DNA of 64,000 nucleotides, from contig CAYZTC010000001.1 in NCBI GenBank assembly GCA_964481345.1, forward strand, positions 7,766 through 71,765, written 5' to 3'. Positions 1 to 9,521 of this stretch are shown here, one piece after another (the stretch's first letter is position 1; each line of letters begins with the position of its first letter). The notes under the pieces were generated by a model. That model worked only from the letters and a program-made list of their open reading frames with translations. It did not search any database and had not been told where the DNA came from. The DNA is from an uncultured Candidatus Saccharibacteria bacterium (GTDB lineage: Bacteria > Patescibacteriota > Dojkabacteria > SC72 > JAFGCJ01). A program made the position numbers and the translations under genes.

Positions 1-1
1 A

Positions 2-568
2 TGGGGATGGGAAGAAAATGAAGGAATACATTGGAGAGGAGATTACGACTTAACTCAACATGGTAAATTTGCAAAGAAAGATTTTACATACACAGATCAA
101 AACACCGGTGAAAAATACATACCATATATTGTTGAAACGTCTGGCGGACTGGATAGAACATTTTTATTTGCACTATTCGATGGGTATGAGGAGGAGAACC
201 TAGAAAATAACACAGAAAGAGTCATTCTTAAACTAAATCCATTAGTTGCAGCATACCAGGCTGCCATATTTCCTTTAGTATCAAACAAAGAAAAGCTGGT
301 CGAAATATCAAAGGAAATATTTAAAGACCTATCCAGAAAATTTTCTACAGTAATAGATACAAGAGGCAACATCGGTAAAAGATATAGATATCAAGATGAA
401 ATAGGTACGCCATATTGCATTACAGTAGACTACGAAACTCTCGAAAACAACACTGTCACCATAAGGGATAGAGATACTATGGAACAAGAAAGAGTTAAGA
501 TTGAAAAACTTGATGACATTATCAGTAAAAAGCTTGAAGAGGAAAGAGGCAAGTTGTTTAAAGAATAA
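2..568 (+). CDS. glyQS: glycyl-tRNA synthetase, alpha2 type (3' part; runs off window)
   Basis: Not in ORF track. Frame 2 reads WGWEENEGIHWRGDYDL...YIPYIVETSGGLDR...GNIGKRYRYQDEIGTPYCITVDYETL, stop TAA 566-568. Confidence 0.93.
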   Translation, partial: WGWEENEGIHWRGDYDLTQHGKFAKKDFTYTDQNTGEKYIPYIVETSGGLDRTFLFALFDGYEEENLENNTERVILKLNPLVAAYQAAIFPLVSNKEKLVEISKEIFKDLSRKFSTVIDTRGNIGKRYRYQDEIGTPYCITVDYETLENNTVTIRDRDTMEQERVKIEKLDDIISKKLEEERGKLFKE

Positions 569-574
569 GGAAAT

Positions 575-1048
575 CTAGCGGATCTTCAATATTTTGTACT
601 TGCTTTTTCCAGTAGGGGTCTCCACTTGAACCACATCCCCAACCTTTTTTCCCATCACTGCTTTTCCTATTGGTGATTCAATAGAAATATTTTTCTTAGC
701 AGGATCTGCACTTATACTTGATACCACGGCCATCTTCATTTTCTTTCCCCTACTTTCTAGCACAATCTTACATCCAACATCTACAATCTTACGTTTACCC
801 TTTCCTTTTACAATCTCCGACTTCTCCAAAGTTCCCTCAAGTTTGGATATATCTCTTTCAAGGCTTGCCTTTTCCTCCAAAACCTCACTAATTGCAGAGT
901 TTTCCTCAAAGTTTTCATCATTTCTATAATGATCTAACTTATCAGCTAACAACTTCCTACCAATGGTCTTCATTTCTCGAATTTTATCCACCAAAAACTT
1001 ATAGGTTCGTTGAGTTATTTTCTTTTTTTTCTTCTTGGAAGTCTTCAT
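575..1048 (-). CDS. GreA/GreB-family elongation factor, divergent paralog
   Basis: C-terminal ISIESPIGKAVMGKKVGDVVQVETP; tip motif reads ENFEENSA instead of GDLSENAEY. Confidence 0.85.
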   Translation of the reverse strand: MKTSKKKKKKITQRTYKFLVDKIREMKTIGRKLLADKLDHYRNDENFEENSAISEVLEEKASLERDISKLEGTLEKSEIVKGKGKRKIVDVGCKIVLESRGKKMKMAVVSSISADPAKKNISIESPIGKAVMGKKVGDVVQVETPTGKSKYKILKIR

Positions 1049-1112
1049 CTAAATTGTCAACAATATAAGGTAACGACAGTATATAAAACTAATTACATAT
1101 TACTAAAAGGGT

Positions 1113-1748
1113 TTATTTAACAGCGTTTTTCTTTCTCCAGTTTTCTATCTTTTTATGATCTCCAGATAATAGCACATCAGGTACCTTCCAACCATGAAAC
1201 TCCTCTGGTCGGGTGTATTGAGGATATTCTGACTTCATATCTCTTTCAAAACTTTCCTCTTTAAGTGACTCGGGATTTCCTAGAATTCCTGATACATGCC
1301 TCAACATTGCGTCCACGATCACTAAAGCAGGAAGCTCACCTCCCGAGAGAACATAATCCCCAATTGAGATCTCTTGATCTACGAGATTTTTTCTTACTCT
1401 CTCATCAACACCCTCATAGTGACCACAGATGATTATTAAATGATCTTTTTTGGATAGAGATTTTGCATATTTAGAATTAAACCTCTTTCCTTTAGGAGAT
1501 GTAAGCAAAACTAATGAGTTATCTTTCCTCAGGTCATTTAGAGCTTTGTATATTGGCTCAACTTTCATCACCATTCCAGCCCCACCTCCAAAAGGTCTAT
1601 CATCTACCGTCTTATGTTTATCTGTTGTCCATGCCCTAAGATCATACACTTTTATATCTACCCCGGAATCCTTAGCTATCCTAAAAATACCTTCTGATGT
1701 AAAAGAACTTACTTGAGCAGGAAAAATCGTTATGATATCAACTTTCAT
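1113..1748 (-). CDS. trmD: tRNA (guanine37-N1)-methyltransferase
   Basis: VDDRPFGGGAGMVMK, CGHYEGVDER, SIGDYVLSGGE, EYPQYTRP. Confidence 0.97.
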   Translation of the reverse strand: MKVDIITIFPAQVSSFTSEGIFRIAKDSGVDIKVYDLRAWTTDKHKTVDDRPFGGGAGMVMKVEPIYKALNDLRKDNSLVLLTSPKGKRFNSKYAKSLSKKDHLIIICGHYEGVDERVRKNLVDQEISIGDYVLSGGELPALVIVDAMLRHVSGILGNPESLKEESFERDMKSEYPQYTRPEEFHGWKVPDVLLSGDHKKIENWRKKNAVK

Positions 1749-1876
1749 ATCAGTTGAGGGATTATACAGGTATAATGGTGAAAAATATAGATGGTAAAAA
1801 CACTGTTACAGCAACAAAAAAGGCCACACCTTACATAAAAAATCATAAGGTCTGGCCTATTGCGAATCCTTCTTGG

Positions 1877-2263
1877 TTAACTATTAACCCAAATATTACT
1901 ACAGATTTGGGCCGCAAGATCACGGTCAGATTTATTATCCTTGCTAGAAATACCTACAGAAATTCTAAATTTTCCTACAGCGTGATCTCTAACTGCGGGT
2001 CTTCCCAAGAATCGCAAATTACCCACATACCTTCCAGGGAAAAACAAGCTACCAAATACCTCATTTGGAATCGCTTCAGGGATCCAATCCATTCTACGAT
2101 CGGATCCTTCCTCGTTAAGGACTCTGGAGATCAAAATGATTTCCCCACTTTCAAATTTAATCCCAATTGCTATAATCATCTTCTTCCCCCACTTTACTGC
2201 TCTTTTTTGAGCAGTTCCAAAGAACTTCCCTAACTCTTTATACATGTTGTCAAATTTACTCAT
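1877..2263 (-). CDS. hypothetical protein (128 aa)
   Basis: ATG at 2263 is preceded by AAAGGAGG; a TGcTACAAT extended -10 lies upstream; no recognisable motif. Confidence 0.55.
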   Translation of the reverse strand: MSKFDNMYKELGKFFGTAQKRAVKWGKKMIIAIGIKFESGEIILISRVLNEEGSDRRMDWIPEAIPNEVFGSLFFPGRYVGNLRFLGRPAVRDHAVGKFRISVGISSKDNKSDRDLAAQICSNIWVNS

Positions 2264-2365
2264 TTCTTCCTCCTTTAAAGAGCTTTTTTTTTCTGGCTCC
2301 GCGAGCACAGTTATGGTAATTGTAGCACAAAAAGTGAGAAACTTAAATATTATAGGATACTATTT

Positions 2366-2965
2366 CTAAGACAAGACTATTGAATAGAGAGAAGAATTAT
2401 TAATAAAATGAAGAAGAATCATCAAATACAGATTCGGATGTTTCAAATAGACACTTGTCCACCCTAGACTAAGGAGAAATGAGAAGATAAGCAAGTTATA
2501 GTTATAACCAATTATTGGCATAAGTAATACATGAACCATACCAAACAATATACTTATAATTAAAGCAACCTTAAATTTACTTTGTGTAAAGACTTTTATT
2601 CGAATCGGAAGATATCCTCGATAATAGAGCTCTTGGGCCACAGATGACAGAAATACAAGCCACATCATCCGAAACTCTACTATCTCTTTGTCAAAAGAAA
2701 CTCCACTTATTTTAACAATATAAGCACCCACAACGGTTATCACATAAAGAAGTAAATATATTGGTAAGGTTTTCAAGAGATTATCTGTCCGCAAACCCAT
2801 CTGCCTTTGTGAAATTATTCCAGTTCTAATTAAGATTACACATATCAAGATGCCAGCCAAAAATAAAACTACCCCACCAAAATAGAATAATATAAAAGCA
2901 ATCACAAAAGATGTTAATACTAGTTCAGTGGCAACCAATAACTTCTTTTTTGTACTATTAATCAT
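2366..2965 (-). CDS. CPBP (CAAX/Abi) family intramembrane metalloprotease
   Basis: Multi-TM with QELYYRG, FGMVH and LHFINN motifs. Confidence 0.85.
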   Translation of the reverse strand: MINSTKKKLLVATELVLTSFVIAFILFYFGGVVLFLAGILICVILIRTGIISQRQMGLRTDNLLKTLPIYLLLYVITVVGAYIVKISGVSFDKEIVEFRMMWLVFLSSVAQELYYRGYLPIRIKVFTQSKFKVALIISILFGMVHVLLMPIIGYNYNLLIFSFLLSLGWTSVYLKHPNLYLMILLHFINNSSLYSIVLS

Positions 2966-2999
2966 AAGTATGAATTATTCACTTTTTCCCAAAATATAC

Positions 3000-3878
3000 T
3001 CACGCCAAAAGCCAGATGCCTACAGAAGAAAGAATAGATGCACTAACAACTTTCAGTATGTTTTTCTTTTCGTTAAGAAATAATATTGATAAAACAACAA
3101 TCAATACATTTTGCGTTGATAAAATAAAGTTTGCCTGAGAGGCATTAACACCAAAGTTATATGAAGAGTAAATAAAATAATATGAAATAAATGATGATAT
3201 TACAGCAATAAATAATAAATGACGGTTACTCCCGTCACTTAACATCCTCGGGATTTTAGCTACACTTCTACAAAACACTATAGAAATAATAATTGCAGGA
3301 AAGAGATAAGAAAGGACAACCCAAAACAACGGTGATATCTCATACTCAAAAATTATCTTATTATCTAGAATCATTGCAATTGCAGAGGATACCGTTGCAA
3401 ACAAAATATAGAAGAAAACTCCTTTAAATTTCCATTTCTCATTTCCAAGACTCACAATGGCAACACCTATCAAAACCAGCACTCCACCAATGATTCCGTT
3501 GATTTCTAACCCACTAATTCCCAAGATCCGCGATAACAATAAAGTTATAAAACCTGATGAAGACATCAAAACAGTAATTTCAGACAATGGTGCTTTTTTA
3601 AGGAGCGTCTGAAAGATTACCGCGTTGATAGCTACAAAAATAAACTCTAAAATCACTAAGACCAAAATCTCGGTCCTTAAAACTGTCGCGAGATCATCCT
3701 TATTAAAGTAAAAAAGTGTATATAGCAAAAAACTCATAATGGAAACCGTAAAAAGAAGAGATATTACGTATGAGATTGGATCATTATCTTTTTTTAAATG
3801 GAACTTTTTAGTAAAAAGACAGTAAATACTTGAAGAAACAACAGAGATTAAAATCATATATATGCCCATGTTTTTCAA
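3000..3878 (-). CDS. EamA/DMT family transporter
   Basis: About 10 TM segments in two repeats; LSILFLNEK near the C-terminus. Confidence 0.8.
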   Translation of the reverse strand: MKNMGIYMILISVVSSSIYCLFTKKFHLKKDNDPISYVISLLFTVSIMSFLLYTLFYFNKDDLATVLRTEILVLVILEFIFVAINAVIFQTLLKKAPLSEITVLMSSSGFITLLLSRILGISGLEINGIIGGVLVLIGVAIVSLGNEKWKFKGVFFYILFATVSSAIAMILDNKIIFEYEISPLFWVVLSYLFPAIIISIVFCRSVAKIPRMLSDGSNRHLLFIAVISSFISYYFIYSSYNFGVNASQANFILSTQNVLIVVLSILFLNEKKNILKVVSASILSSVGIWLLA

Positions 3879-3893
3879 GACAAAACTAATTAC

Positions 3894-3968
3894 TGGTGCC
3901 GCTACAGAGAATCGAACTCTGATTATTGAGTTGAGAACCCAACGTCCTAACCGTTAGACGATAGCGGC
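3894..3968 (-). tRNA. tRNA-Glu(CTC)
   Basis: Reverse complement GCCGCTATCGTCTAACGGTTAGGACGTTGGGTT-CTC-AACTCAATAATCAGAGTTCGATTCTCTGTAGCGGCACCA folds as a cloverleaf; CCA encoded. Confidence 0.95.
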
Positions 3969-3969
3969 T

Positions 3970-4008
3970 CAGCTAACTTATAGCGTGATCCACACTATAA
4001 GTTAGCTG
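3970..4008. repeat. perfect 14-bp inverted repeat adjoining the tRNA 5' end
   Basis: cagctaacttatag (3970-3983) / ctataagttagctg (3995-4008). Confidence 0.9.
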
Positions 4009-4095
4009 GACCGCCCATAAATCTTACACTTAAATACGCTAACAAAGAACAAAATCTACAACGATTTCCACTTTACGATACCCACCCGTATTTCC

Positions 4096-4695
4096 TCACT
4101 CAATCGCCACCACGTAAGTACCGATCTCTAAAATATCAAACAGCGCTATTATATCAGCATTATTATGATATACACAACCCAAACTGAACGGTGTGCCTAT
4201 CCTATCAGGCTCATTTGTGCCATGAAGGGCTACATTTGTCTCAATCCACACTCCACTCACATATCTATCCAACATCATCATTCTAGACCCATACAGCGGC
4301 GCTACCTCATATCCAATCTTGCTTGCAACCCTCCACAAGCTTTTCGTCATCTCCCTATCTGTCCCTCCCTGACCAGTTGAAACTCTATAAGAGGAGATTA
4401 ATGAGCCCAATTTATCAAAAACATACTCCTTTTGCTCAGAAATATCTACCACAACAACATAATTTGACCGTTCAACATTTCCTAGAAAACTAGTCAAATA
4501 ATCTATGGCATAATCGTACTTTGATTGGTAGACAAGCCCTACTGAGCTATTTTGAACAGAATCCTCTACAATATCAATTTCAGCTTGAGAACCCACATTA
4601 TGCCAAGAAAGCTTGTTATATAAGTAAGAATTAAGTATGTATAAACCCGCAAAACTAGCCAAAATCATCAAAAATGTACCTATTTTGCTCTTCAT
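4096..4695 (-). CDS. L,D-transpeptidase (YkuD family), membrane anchored
   Basis: N-terminal TM; ALHGT...FSLGCV catalytic His/Cys motif; start moved to MKSKIG. Confidence 0.85.
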   Translation of the reverse strand: MKSKIGTFLMILASFAGLYILNSYLYNKLSWHNVGSQAEIDIVEDSVQNSSVGLVYQSKYDYAIDYLTSFLGNVERSNYVVVVDISEQKEYVFDKLGSLISSYRVSTGQGGTDREMTKSLWRVASKIGYEVAPLYGSRMMMLDRYVSGVWIETNVALHGTNEPDRIGTPFSLGCVYHNNADIIALFDILEIGTYVVAIE

Positions 4696-4834
4696 GATAA
4701 TATTATGCCTCAATTGACATAAAATCTCCAAAATAGTATCATTAATAGCTTTATATCAAGCTGTTAGTATATTCCGCTAAAAATTTTAGAGATGTAAAAC
4801 AATATTAACAAATTTTATTTTGTGACCCAGAAAT

Positions 4835-5311
4835 ATGGGAAAAAAGAAAACCTACAAGATCACCAAAGAAGGTTTTGAGGAACTCAAAAAAGAATTAAAG
4901 AAAAGAAAAGAGGTCACTAAGAAGAGACTGCAGGACCAGTTGGACATAGAATTGGGAGATGGAGATATCAGTGAAAACAGTAACTACTACAAAGTACAGG
5001 AAGATATCGCCTCAAACGACAAAAGGATAGATGAACTGGAAGAAATAGTTGACAATTCAGTAATAATTGACACTAAGTCATCTAATTCATCTTCAAGTAA
5101 AGTACAGCCAGGTTCTACTGTAAAACTCTCAAAAAATGGTGAGGAACTAACCTATACAATAGTGGGTGCAACTGAATCGAACCCAGCTAAAAAAAGAATT
5201 TCTATTGAATCACCTCTTGGAGAGGCATTAAAAAATAAGAAAAAAGGAGATCAAGTGATACTGGAAACACCTTTAGGACAACAAAAGTATGATATTATAG
5301 AGGTGTCTTAA
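4835..5311 (+). CDS. greA: transcription elongation factor GreA
   Basis: ITKEGFEELKKEL, GDISENSNY, ISIESPLGEAL. Confidence 0.92.
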   Translation: MGKKKTYKITKEGFEELKKELKKRKEVTKKRLQDQLDIELGDGDISENSNYYKVQEDIASNDKRIDELEEIVDNSVIIDTKSSNSSSSKVQPGSTVKLSKNGEELTYTIVGATESNPAKKRISIESPLGEALKNKKKGDQVILETPLGQQKYDIIEVS

Positions 5312-5361
5312 TAAAAACTGCCCCAAAATAACTGCCCAAGTAAGCTGTTTTTAACGGTAAA

Positions 5362-5985
5362 ATAGCAAGAAAAAAATATCTACAACTCGGGCTATTCATA
5401 ATAATTGCAATTGTTTTTGCGTTAACTCCTAGGGATATTGACTCGTACACCTTTGAAACTGAAGGATCCGAAGAGGTTATAGAAAGTATTACAGAAACAG
5501 GAATTTCTGCTAAGATTTATTCAAATACGGCTGAAATACCAGTAATCCGCTCCTTTTTTGTTGAAATCCCCAAAATCAACTTGAAAAAAGATATTACTCC
5601 AAATGTTGATCCCACAAATAGAGACGAGTACATGAACGTGATAGAAAACTCTGTGGCACATGGAATGTACACAGCTCTACCATATATTCAAAATGGTAAT
5701 ACATACTTGTTTGCACACAGTAAAATATCGGAAAACGGAGATACTCCTGAAGGTGGATGGTTTACAAGAATAGATGAGCTAAAAGAAGGAGACACCATTA
5801 CATTAATCCTTAACCAAACAAGATATGACTATACTGTAAAAACTAGTACAATTGTCGATCCACTTGACACTTCAGTTTATACTGGAAAATCAGCATTTAA
5901 CGGGAACAACTCCCTTACACTACAAACCTGCTGGCCAAGAGGAACTACAGAAAAAAGACTGATTGTCCAAGCGATCAGCGAATAA
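5362..5985 (+). CDS. sortase
   Basis: EIPKIN, FAHS, TLQTCWP...R catalytic motifs; the frame stays open upstream of the tracked TTG through a TM helix; start placed at ATA 5362 (see findings). Confidence 0.85.
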   Translation: MARKKYLQLGLFIIIAIVFALTPRDIDSYTFETEGSEEVIESITETGISAKIYSNTAEIPVIRSFFVEIPKINLKKDITPNVDPTNRDEYMNVIENSVAHGMYTALPYIQNGNTYLFAHSKISENGDTPEGGWFTRIDELKEGDTITLILNQTRYDYTVKTSTIVDPLDTSVYTGKSAFNGNNSLTLQTCWPRGTTEKRLIVQAISE

Positions 5986-6391
5986 GACTCTCAAGCTTCC
6001 CAATTATTTCCTTAGGATAAATGTTTACACTACCCAAATCTGTAATTGAAAGCCACATAGAGTCATACTTACTCTTCCTTTTTTGTTCCTCCACCACCAC
6101 TTGAACAACCGGGTAACCATCTTCATCCAGCTGAACTTCTTGATCCTTATCTAATTCACAGGAAAAATAATAAGTATGATGATCTTTTTCCTTAGTTTTC
6201 TGAATCATATTAACAATCCTTACCCTCAATCCTGTCTCCTCGAAAAATTCTCTTATACACGCATCTTCCAATGACTCCCCCTTTTTTCCATGACCACCTG
6301 GAAAGGTATAGTATTCCCTTTTTCCTTTTCCTATTCTAACAACAAGAAATTTGTCACGAAATACTAGAATTCCCCTGGACCTTTGTTTCAT
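5975..6391 (-). CDS. NUDIX hydrolase
   Basis: PGGHGKKGESLEDACIREFFEETG Nudix box. Confidence 0.9.
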   Translation of the reverse strand: MKQRSRGILVFRDKFLVVRIGKGKREYYTFPGGHGKKGESLEDACIREFFEETGLRVRIVNMIQKTKEKDHHTYYFSCELDKDQEVQLDEDGYPVVQVVVEEQKRKSKYDSMWLSITDLGSVNIYPKEIIGKLESLIR

Positions 6392-6408
6392 ATACCAAAT
6401 ACCTCAAC

Positions 6409-7188
6409 TTAATGAATAGTTGTACATTCAACCTTTTCCCCTGCAACAATCTTTTTAATAATGGAAGGATCTCTACCATCCATAAGACATAGAGAGACTC
6501 TGTTATCCTTAGCAAGCCTAGCACCCAAAATATCAACTGGTACATTCTGTCCTGGCTTATGACCATCTCCTTCGAACATTCCAAGATATTTATCCCAGGT
6601 TAGGTCATACGGAAGTGACGTAGTTATATCATCAATTGGAGTCGCATCCGGGTTTTTATTCGGATCTTCTGTATATACATAATCAATATTGGAAAGCTTA
6701 AACACTCTATCTATTTCCAACTTCGAAGCGAGCACGAACGCATTCAAATCTGTACTAGCACCATTCACAAACCCACCGCTAACTAAGATAGATTTATCAC
6801 CATTCTTCCAGTCGTTAAAATCGGATGTGATACCCTCAATTCCCACTTCAAGACTATTTGCAAATACCCCAATTCCCAGAGTTCTTCTGAATACCAACGA
6901 ATCAACATCCAACAATATTCTAACAAGCTCAGCGTTCATCCACGTTGCTACAATACCAATTCTGTGCTGATCTATTTCCTCTTTGTTACCTATCGAAATT
7001 GCAATATCCCTGTAACGCCTAGAAAGGTTTCCACCACCCGTCACTATTACAAGCTTCAAATCAGAGTTTTTAGAGTCTGCAAAAATATCTTTCACTGAAT
7101 GAGCTAGCTTTTCTAAAAAATCCTCATCTGCAATTTTACCCTTGGGTGAAATAAGTGAACCCCCAATCTTAATAACTACATACCTCAT
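6409..7188 (-). CDS. pyrH: UMP kinase (archaeal-like subtype)
   Basis: VVIKIGGS, VTGGGNLSRRY, GASTD, SNIDYVYTEDPNKNPDA. Confidence 0.88.
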   Translation of the reverse strand: MRYVVIKIGGSLISPKGKIADEDFLEKLAHSVKDIFADSKNSDLKLVIVTGGGNLSRRYRDIAISIGNKEEIDQHRIGIVATWMNAELVRILLDVDSLVFRRTLGIGVFANSLEVGIEGITSDFNDWKNGDKSILVSGGFVNGASTDLNAFVLASKLEIDRVFKLSNIDYVYTEDPNKNPDATPIDDITTSLPYDLTWDKYLGMFEGDGHKPGQNVPVDILGARLAKDNRVSLCLMDGRDPSIIKKIVAGEKVECTTIH

Positions 7189-8036
7189 TAAATATACAAG
7201 ATCAAAATTATTACCATAATGGCAAAAATTATATATTGAGACATAGTGTCACTATCATATGTTCCCTCCAACTTGTGATGCCAAAACACATCTGCTAAAT
7301 AATAACCTACCGTAATAAGTAATGATAAAGTTGCAATATTTAATAATGGTATCTGCATAACTACGAAAGATCCAATTCCAACAAGAAGTGCCGTAAACAA
7401 AGAGTATAAAAGTATTTTTACTTTCAACTGGTCAAACATAACTACCATCATAGCTACAAGAATAAACGATATTGCACTAGTTCCAATATATATCATCCAT
7501 CTTGGCCAGCCATGATAAAAAATTGAGTTTACAAATATATCAGTATAAAAGTAAAAAACAATTATGTTCATGAAATCAAAGATGTACTTTGTGCTTCTTG
7601 ATATGCTGTAAATTTTTCTATAAGTGCATGAAATATTGTAAAAAAGTATAAGAAATCCTATTGTGACAATCAAAACAGCAACCTGATCAAGTACCCTTAC
7701 TCTGTTGTAAAAGATGAACAACGCACCTGAAATATAAAAAAGACTAGGTAAAACCAGATGATACAAAAATGACTCATTCCATATTCTTTTTCTCCAATGC
7801 TTCACCTTCACTGAAAAGGGAGTCATATACTCATTCACTCTTGAATATAGAAGCTCAAAGATAACAACAAAGAACCCTATTACAAATAATAGCCAGAAAT
7901 TTATGTAAGACTTAACCTGAACTAAAATAAGCATAAATTCAAATACAGCAAAGAGACAAACAGAATAAAACAAGCTCCTTCTATAAATATTTGAAAGCCG
8001 AACTTTTTTCCTTGTAGATTTCTTTTTACCCGCCAT
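7188..8036 (-). CDS. polytopic membrane protein of unknown function
   Basis: About 9-10 hydrophobic segments; start placed at MAGKKK. Confidence 0.75.
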   Translation of the reverse strand: MAGKKKSTRKKVRLSNIYRRSLFYSVCLFAVFEFMLILVQVKSYINFWLLFVIGFFVVIFELLYSRVNEYMTPFSVKVKHWRKRIWNESFLYHLVLPSLFYISGALFIFYNRVRVLDQVAVLIVTIGFLILFYNISCTYRKIYSISRSTKYIFDFMNIIVFYFYTDIFVNSIFYHGWPRWMIYIGTSAISFILVAMMVVMFDQLKVKILLYSLFTALLVGIGSFVVMQIPLLNIATLSLLITVGYYLADVFWHHKLEGTYDSDTMSQYIIFAIMVIILILYI

Positions 8037-8037
8037 A

Positions 8038-9429
8038 TTATGAGATGGTACCGGTTGCTCCAATTAATAATGTCACTCCCAAGATAATAACCCAAAGACT
8101 TGTCTTGAACAATGTTTTACCATGACTCTCAAGTTTCTTTAGTTTATACAAATAATAAATATCCAGTCCAAAAAGTATTGCTAGGCCAACTATTATCACT
8201 TTGTTAAAAATTGATGATAAAGATCCTAAACTAAGCCCCGAGTCTTCTGACGAACTTACTAACGCCCTCACCTCATTTGCAATACCCAAACTAGAATAGT
8301 TTCCACTTGTATCAGAAGCCACAATCTCACACTCCCCCAATGTATCACCAGAAGTCACAAGAAGTGATCCTTCGTAATACCCCTCCTCTGATTTCTCAAG
8401 ATCTACCCTTTTATCTCCGATAGTCAGACTAACACCAGCTGGCTCTTCCATAAGTTCTACTCTTACAACCAGTATTCCTACCTCATATGTTATTTCTAAA
8501 CTCTCCTTATCAAACTCTGGAGGTACTGTATCCACAGTAAACCCGACACTATCTGAAACTCCAGCTATACTTCCCTCAGCATGAACATCATATTCACCCT
8601 CATCCCATTTTTCTTCAGGCCTATAATCCCATATCCCCTCCTCACACACCGCATCACCCAAAAGCTCTTCATCATTAAATATCTCTATGTCCTGTTCACT
8701 TACTCCAGAAGTTCCTTCAAGATCAAAATCATTTTCGTTAATAAAGTCACCATCCTCAGGATAAGTTATGTCTAAACTATCATCTATTGGCTCTGGAACA
8801 GGCTCTGGAGTGGTACTTGGTTGATCTTGAGAGTCACCTTGGGTATCAGTATCACCATTAGTCTCAGATGTTTCTGGAAGTACTGAGGTCGCTCCAAACA
8901 TTTGAACTACAAGAATGACATTTTCACCAAGAAGAGTACCAGGAACAGCAGCAATACCGATATTTTTATAATTAGGACTCATAATATTCTCTCTGTGAGA
9001 CTCACTCGCCATCCATGCACTATGCACTCCCTCCGAAGTAGTGAAGCCTTTAGCTAAATTCTCTCCTGCATATACATAACTGTAGCCAGCAGCAAGAATA
9101 AACTGCCAGGGGGTTTCTCCGTTCGGACCATAATGATCCCAGTACTGCTCATCAAACATATTTTGCGCCTTAGCATGAGCAGCAGATACTAACCTAGAGT
9201 CCTGACTTAGAGCATTTAATCCAGTAGCCTGCCTTTCTTGATTACAGAGAGTGATAAGCTCAGAGCCAGAGACCGCTCCAGCAGACACAGGAGTACCGAA
9301 TGCACCAGAAAACATATTAACAAGAAGTATCAAAACAGTATAAACAAAGAAGGCACCCTTTCTTAGTAGACGAGGCTGATAATCATTTTTCTTTGTAGGA
9401 ATAATCCAATCCACGAAAGACAGTTTCAT
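8038..9429 (-). CDS. CAP/SCP-domain surface protein with Ig-like region and C-terminal TMs
   Basis: NQERQATGLNAL, AGENLAKGF, AWMASESHRENIM. Confidence 0.88.
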   Translation of the reverse strand: MKLSFVDWIIPTKKNDYQPRLLRKGAFFVYTVLILLVNMFSGAFGTPVSAGAVSGSELITLCNQERQATGLNALSQDSRLVSAAHAKAQNMFDEQYWDHYGPNGETPWQFILAAGYSYVYAGENLAKGFTTSEGVHSAWMASESHRENIMSPNYKNIGIAAVPGTLLGENVILVVQMFGATSVLPETSETNGDTDTQGDSQDQPSTTPEPVPEPIDDSLDITYPEDGDFINENDFDLEGTSGVSEQDIEIFNDEELLGDAVCEEGIWDYRPEEKWDEGEYDVHAEGSIAGVSDSVGFTVDTVPPEFDKESLEITYEVGILVVRVELMEEPAGVSLTIGDKRVDLEKSEEGYYEGSLLVTSGDTLGECEIVASDTSGNYSSLGIANEVRALVSSSEDSGLSLGSLSSIFNKVIIVGLAILFGLDIYYLYKLKKLESHGKTLFKTSLWVIILGVTLLIGATGTIS

Positions 9430-9460
9430 AACTAAATCATTTTACAGGATAAATTGGGTC

Positions 9461-9497
9461 AAAAAAAGTGGAGTCCTCGCTACGCTCGGACTCCACC
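9461..9497 (-). terminator. intrinsic terminator after the HU gene
   Basis: Minus strand GTGGAGTCC-gagcgtagcga-GGACTCCAC-TTTTTTT. Confidence 0.75.
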
Positions 9498-9521
9498 CTT
9501 ATCCACAGAGCTTACAGGCTA

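Noticed and set aside
1754-2233. 159-aa plus-strand ORF
   Set aside because: It is antisense to the 1877-2263 ORF, which has an SD and a promoter-like sequence. It has a TTG start and no motif.
1877-3968. Integrative element at tRNA-Glu
   Set aside because: I found no duplicated tRNA 3' end (att site) and no integrase nearby.
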